This document shows positions 7,883-11,287 of a stretch of DNA of 11,287 nucleotides, one piece after another (the stretch's first letter is position 1; the number at the start of each line of letters is the position of its first letter). The notes below the pieces were generated by a model, which searched no databases, was not told where the DNA came from, and was given only the letters and a program-made list of their open reading frames with translations. The translations under genes were made by a program, and so were the position numbers. The DNA comes from Candidatus Eiseniibacteriota bacterium (GTDB lineage: Bacteria > Joyebacterota > Joyebacteria > Joyebacterales > Joyebacteraceae), in contig JBDRFG010000169.1 of NCBI GenBank assembly GCA_043819135.1, positions 1-11,287 on the forward strand, in the 5' to 3' direction.

Positions 7883-8701
7883 CTACCTGTACAGCGCCTT
7901 CACCGTGCCCCAGCTGGCGTCCTCGACCGGCGAGCCACACTCGACACAGTCGGCTACGCCCCAGCACCAGGCGTCCTGTGCCAGGGTCTGCGACGCGCCG
8001 GAGTCATCGATCACGAACGCGTGGTTCGGGTCGCAGTCCCAAAGCGAGCAGTCATCCTTCTGGTACTTGTACTGGACGTAGGGATTCGAGCCGGCGTTGA
8101 ACTGAATGGTGACCTCGTAGAGGTTCGGGCTCACGGCGGGACACGGCTGCCCCATGTAGACGCCGGGCTGGCTCCACGCGGTCAGTTCGGCGGCACTACC
8201 CGTCACGCAGACGTCGCCGGCCGAACCTTCCGGAATGCAGAGCTGGAACGTGACCAGAACGTCCTGCGCGGTCACCTCGGTGATCGGCAGTAAGAAGTTC
8301 GGGTCGTTGCCGTTCTGGTCCTGCGGATACAGCGTCTCGTTGTCCTCGGCGTCGACGACCTCGACGTAGAACTCGACCTCGGTGCAGCCGTGCGTGTTCG
8401 GGATCGTCGCGCTGAACTCATCGTTGCCCCCGTTTATGCCGAAGTAGGGCATCGGGAGCGACGTGAATGTGAGGTCGCCGGTGCAGCGGTAGTTCAACGT
8501 CGCCGAGAGGTCCGCGCAGGGACCGGCGGCGCCGGTACATCCGTCCTTCCAGACCTGTACGTACACGGCGATGTTGTCGTTCGACGTGTAGCCCGTGCCG
8601 TTGACTGGCCAGATGTTGCCGGCCCAGCCGATGTTGCCCATCGCCGTCGATGCCAACGCAACGAGGAGCACAGCTGCTACGATGCTCGCAAATCTGTTCA
8701 T
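7883..8701 (-). CDS. Secreted putative alpha-glucan-binding protein (272 aa): SP, amylopullulanase-type accessory domain, CBM20-like, WGxxK tail
   Basis: Start moved to ATG 8701 (AAGGGGAGGG upstream; signal peptide MNRFASIVAAVLLVALASTAMG). IGWAGN..VYVQVWKDG..GGNDEF domain; CBM20-like VTF..VCVTG..LTAW..QYKY..W..NH..DAW; ends SPVEDASWGTVKALYR. Confidence 0.88.
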   Translation of the reverse strand: MNRFASIVAAVLLVALASTAMGNIGWAGNIWPVNGTGYTSNDNIAVYVQVWKDGCTGAAGPCADLSATLNYRCTGDLTFTSLPMPYFGINGGNDEFSATIPNTHGCTEVEFYVEVVDAEDNETLYPQDQNGNDPNFLLPITEVTAQDVLVTFQLCIPEGSAGDVCVTGSAAELTAWSQPGVYMGQPCPAVSPNLYEVTIQFNAGSNPYVQYKYQKDDCSLWDCDPNHAFVIDDSGASQTLAQDAWCWGVADCVECGSPVEDASWGTVKALYR

Positions 8702-8818
8702 CTTACCCTCCCCTTTTCTGGGCGGCCCCGCGGGGCGCCCGCACGAAACCTCGCGGACGAGCGCCGACTGCTGCGAGCCGGTCCGCCGGTCCACGGTGAA
8801 CTGCTTGATTCGTTGAGT

Positions 8819-8847
8819 ATTATAGCACAAGAACCAAAATGTGTCAA
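8819..8847 (-). promoter_or_regulatory. Perfect-consensus sigma70 promoter with extended -10
   Basis: TTGACA (8847-8842)-17 nt-TATAAT (8824-8819), preceded by TGTGc. Confidence 0.92.
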
Positions 8848-8981
8848 TTCGTCGTGACCCTCGCAGGACCCCGCTGCGGCAGGATGGGCGGTTCCCGGAC
8901 GGGGAACCCCCGGGCCCGCGATCGGTCTGAGCGGGACCGCCCCGGCTGCCGGTCGAGACGGTTCGTCACGAGACCGGCGGT

Positions 8982-9026
8982 GGGACACAAGACTGAGCGG
9001 CACCACCCCGCGGGGCAGCGCCGCTC
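8982..9026 (-). terminator. Terminator-like hairpin after the 274-aa gene
   Basis: Minus-strand RNA GAGCGGCGCUGCCC-loop-GGGUGGUGCCGCUC (14 bp including G-U pairs, so strand-specific), then AGTCTTGTGTCCC. Confidence 0.65.
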
Positions 9027-9052
9027 CGAATCACGCCCGGATCCTGCTTCCC

Positions 9053-9078
9053 GGCGAGTCTACCTGGCGAGTCTACCT
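9053..9078. repeat. Perfect 13-bp tandem duplication covering the last codon and stop of the 274-aa gene
   Basis: ggcgagtctacct at 9053-9065 and 9066-9078. Confidence 0.9.
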
Positions 9079-9897
9079 GTAGAGAGCCTTGACCGTCCCC
9101 CACGTCGACTCCTCGACCGGCGTCTCGCAGTCGGGGCAGTCGGCCGTCTGGAACTCCCAGCTGTCGAGCGCCAGGTCCATCGTAGCGCCGGCGTCGTCTA
9201 TGGCGAAGGTGTGGTTGCCAGTGCCTTCCCACGTCGTGCACGCGTCCTTCCGGAACTTGTACTGCACCGAGGGATTGCTGCCGGCCGCGAACAGCACGTC
9301 GACGACGAACATCCTCGGGCTGACGCCCGGGCACTCCTGCTCCATGACTACACCGCTTCCCCAACTGGTCAGCTCGGCGTGGTTCCCCGTCACGCATATC
9401 TCGCCCGAGCTTTCGACGGCGGTGGGGAGACACATGTGGAAGGTCACCGTGACGTCCTGTGCCGTCACCTCGGTGATGGGCAGCAGGAACGGCGGGTCGT
9501 TCGCGTTCTGATCCTGGCCCGAGCAGGTCGTCGTGTCCGAGAGGTCGGTGATGACGCAGTAGAAGTCCACCACCGCGCACCCGTGTCCGGAGGGGATGAT
9601 CCCGGTGTACTCGTCGTTGTTCCCGACGTCCGTGTTGTACGTCATCCCGATGTTCGTGTAGGCCGTGTCGCCCTGGCAGCGGAACATCAGCGCCGCCTCT
9701 ATGCCGACACCCTGTCCGGGCTGGTCCGTCACGCCCGCCTTCCATACCTGGACGTAGACGTCGATGTTGTCAACTGACGTGTAGCTCGCTCCGTTGACGG
9801 GCCAGACGTTCCCGCACCATCCAACGACGGCGCCGGCCGTAGCAGCTGAAGCGACGAGGACCGCTGCGACGATCAACACTGTGGCAATCGCCTTCAT
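9073..9897 (-). CDS. Secreted putative alpha-glucan-binding protein (274 aa), full-length paralog of 7883-8701
   Basis: Start at ATG 9897 (AGGTG upstream; signal peptide MKAIATVLIVAAVLVASAATAGA; 9918 is an alternative). VGWCGN..VYVQVWKAGVT..GQG..YNTDVGNNDEY domain; CBM20-like aa ~147-249; ends TPVEESTWGTVKALYR. Confidence 0.88.
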   Translation of the reverse strand: MKAIATVLIVAAVLVASAATAGAVVGWCGNVWPVNGASYTSVDNIDVYVQVWKAGVTDQPGQGVGIEAALMFRCQGDTAYTNIGMTYNTDVGNNDEYTGIIPSGHGCAVVDFYCVITDLSDTTTCSGQDQNANDPPFLLPITEVTAQDVTVTFHMCLPTAVESSGEICVTGNHAELTSWGSGVVMEQECPGVSPRMFVVDVLFAAGSNPSVQYKFRKDACTTWEGTGNHTFAIDDAGATMDLALDSWEFQTADCPDCETPVEESTWGTVKALYR

Positions 9898-9980
9898 GGG
9901 TCCCACCTGCCTTTCCATCTACCAGGGACGCCCCGCAGTTTGGCCACGCGAGCTCCCGGGGCCGGAGCGCTATCCACTGC

Positions 9981-10009
9981 ATACTACTCCCTCGCGTTCA
10001 ACCCCGCAA
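9981..10009 (-). promoter_or_regulatory. Candidate sigma70 promoter for the 274-aa gene
   Basis: TTGCGG (10009-10004)-17 nt-TAGTAT (9986-9981); same TAGTATGC as the tRNA promoter; lies just past the tRNA terminator. Confidence 0.55.
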
Positions 10010-10054
10010 TGGCCTTGATTCCCGGGGACGGCTACGGCCTGAGGATGCGCTCAG

Positions 10055-10091
10055 AAAAAAGAGGAGGCGCGGCCACCTGAGTGGCCGCGCC
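10055..10091 (-). terminator. Rho-independent terminator of the tRNA pair
   Basis: ggcgcggccac-ctga-gtggccgcgcc (11-bp stem, 10066-10091) followed on the minus strand by TCCTCTTTTTT. Confidence 0.9.
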
Positions 10092-10107
10092 CCCATCGAC
10101 GTCCTTC

Positions 10108-10183
<76 letters not shown>

Positions 10184-10207
10184 TCAGTTCCCGTCGCGTA
10201 TGAACTG

Positions 10208-10283
<76 letters not shown>

Positions 10284-10300
10284 ACATGCTCGGAGTCCGC

Positions 10301-10329
10301 ATACTAACAATGGAGACCCGCGATGTCAA
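10301..10329 (-). promoter_or_regulatory. Sigma70 promoter of the tRNA-Phe/tRNA-Thr pair
   Basis: TTGACA (10329-10324)-17 nt-TAGTAT (10306-10301) with TG extension, 17 nt upstream of tRNA-Phe. Confidence 0.85.
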
Positions 10330-10375
10330 GCCGATAGCGGCGCCCGGCAAGCGCCCGGCGAGGCAGCCCGGGCCG

Positions 10376-11287
10376 TCAATCCGGATACCCGTCAGGGAAT
10401 CGCTGCATCCACTCCCAGGCGGCTCCCACCATGTCCGAGAGGGCCGGGTGCTCGGGCCTCCACCCAAGCTCCGCCTTCGCCAGAGCCGCGCTCGCGACAA
10501 GCCTGGCCGGGTCTCCCTCACGTCTCGGGCCGTACTTCCAGGGAACCGTCCTGCCCGACACGGCCTCCGCCGTCTCGATGACGTCGAGGACGCTGGCGCC
10601 CTCGCCGTTCCCGAGGTTGTAGACGCCGCTCCGCCCCTCGCCCAGTGCTCCGAGGGCCGCGATGTGCGCGTCGGACAGGTCGCGCACGTCTATGTAGTCA
10701 CGGATGCAGGTGCCGTCGGGCGTGTCGTAGTCGTCGCCGAACACGGTCAGTTCCGCTCGTCTGCCCGCGGCCGCCTGGAGCGCGATCGGGATGAGGTGCG
10801 ACTCCGGGCTGTGGTCCTCTCCGCAGTTCTCGGACGCGCCTGCGGCATTGAAGTACCGCAGCGAGATGTACTTCAAACCGGTCGACTGCGACTGCCACTC
10901 CAGCACGCGCTCGAAGACGCGCTTCGTGTTCCCGTAGACGTTGACCGGCTCGGTGGACGCGCTCTCGAGTACCGGCACCGACTCGGGCTCTCCGTAGACG
11001 CCGGCCGACGAAGAGAAGACGATCTTCGACACGCCGGCGGCTGACATGGCCGACAGGAGCCTGCACCCACGGACGACGTTGTTGTCGTAGTAGTCGGCGG
11101 GTTTCTCCATCGACTCCCCGACCAGACTCATGGCCGCGAAGTGAACGACCGAATCGACCTCGTGCTCGCGCAGAAGTCCGGAGACAAGCTCGGCGTCACC
11201 GATGTCGCCGCGCACCAGAGGCACGTCCGCCGGCACTGCCGATCGATGACCCTTGCTGAGGTTGTCGAGAACGACTACGCGGCAGCC
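10376..11287 (-). CDS. galE: UDP-glucose 4-epimerase (5' end outside the window)
   Basis: Frame open to the window edge (GCRVVVLDNLSKGH...); motifs VHFAA, VGES, FSSSA.VYG, YGNTK (YxxxK), LRYFNAAGA, HLIP, DGTCIRDYI, YNLGNG, RREGDP. Confidence 0.96.
   Translation of the reverse strand, partial: GCRVVVLDNLSKGHRSAVPADVPLVRGDIGDAELVSGLLREHEVDSVVHFAAMSLVGESMEKPADYYDNNVVRGCRLLSAMSAAGVSKIVFSSSAGVYGEPESVPVLESASTEPVNVYGNTKRVFERVLEWQSQSTGLKYISLRYFNAAGASENCGEDHSPESHLIPIALQAAAGRRAELTVFGDDYDTPDGTCIRDYIDVRDLSDAHIAALGALGEGRSGVYNLGNGEGASVLDVIETAEAVSGRTVPWKYGPRREGDPARLVASAALAKAELGWRPEHPALSDMVGAAWEWMQRFPDGYPD

Noticed and set aside
7390..8830. Longer ORF-track starts at 7494 and 8830
   Set aside because: The extensions bury the signal peptides; better RBS-ATG pairs exist at 7389 and 8701, and the 8830 start lies inside the promoter.
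1479..9075. TAG recoding or readthrough extending the tail proteins
   Set aside because: Similarity among paralogs stops at the TAG, terminator-like hairpins follow, and PurD ends at its normal length on TAG.
1479..9123. CRISPR or DGR interpretation of the recurring ctacctgta...cccca...ctcgac DNA motif
   Set aside because: Copies are kilobases apart, differ mostly at synonymous or conservative positions, and simply encode the shared protein tail; no cas or reverse transcriptase gene is present.

Overview
GC-rich bacterial chromosomal segment in which every credible gene lies on the minus strand. In transcription order: galE (5'-truncated), tRNA-Phe(GAA), tRNA-Thr(CGT), four secreted, apparently non-catalytic proteins built from starch/alpha-glucan-binding-type modules (CBM20-like, X25-like, an amylopullulanase accessory domain, an Ig-like domain), an ECF sigma/zinc anti-sigma pair, a secreted Cys-rich tandem-repeat protein, purD, and the start of an unidentified gene. 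The main observation is that all five secreted proteins, which do not all share domains, carry an N-terminal signal peptide and end in the same ~16-residue tail, [ST]-[PI]-[VI]-E-x-x-[ST]-W-G-x-[VI]-K-[AS]-[LI]-Y-R. The tail has no transmembrane segment and is a candidate protein-sorting or docking signal. Several near-consensus sigma70 promoters and terminator hairpins are visible. Domain assignments were made by eye from remembered family motifs; no searches were run.
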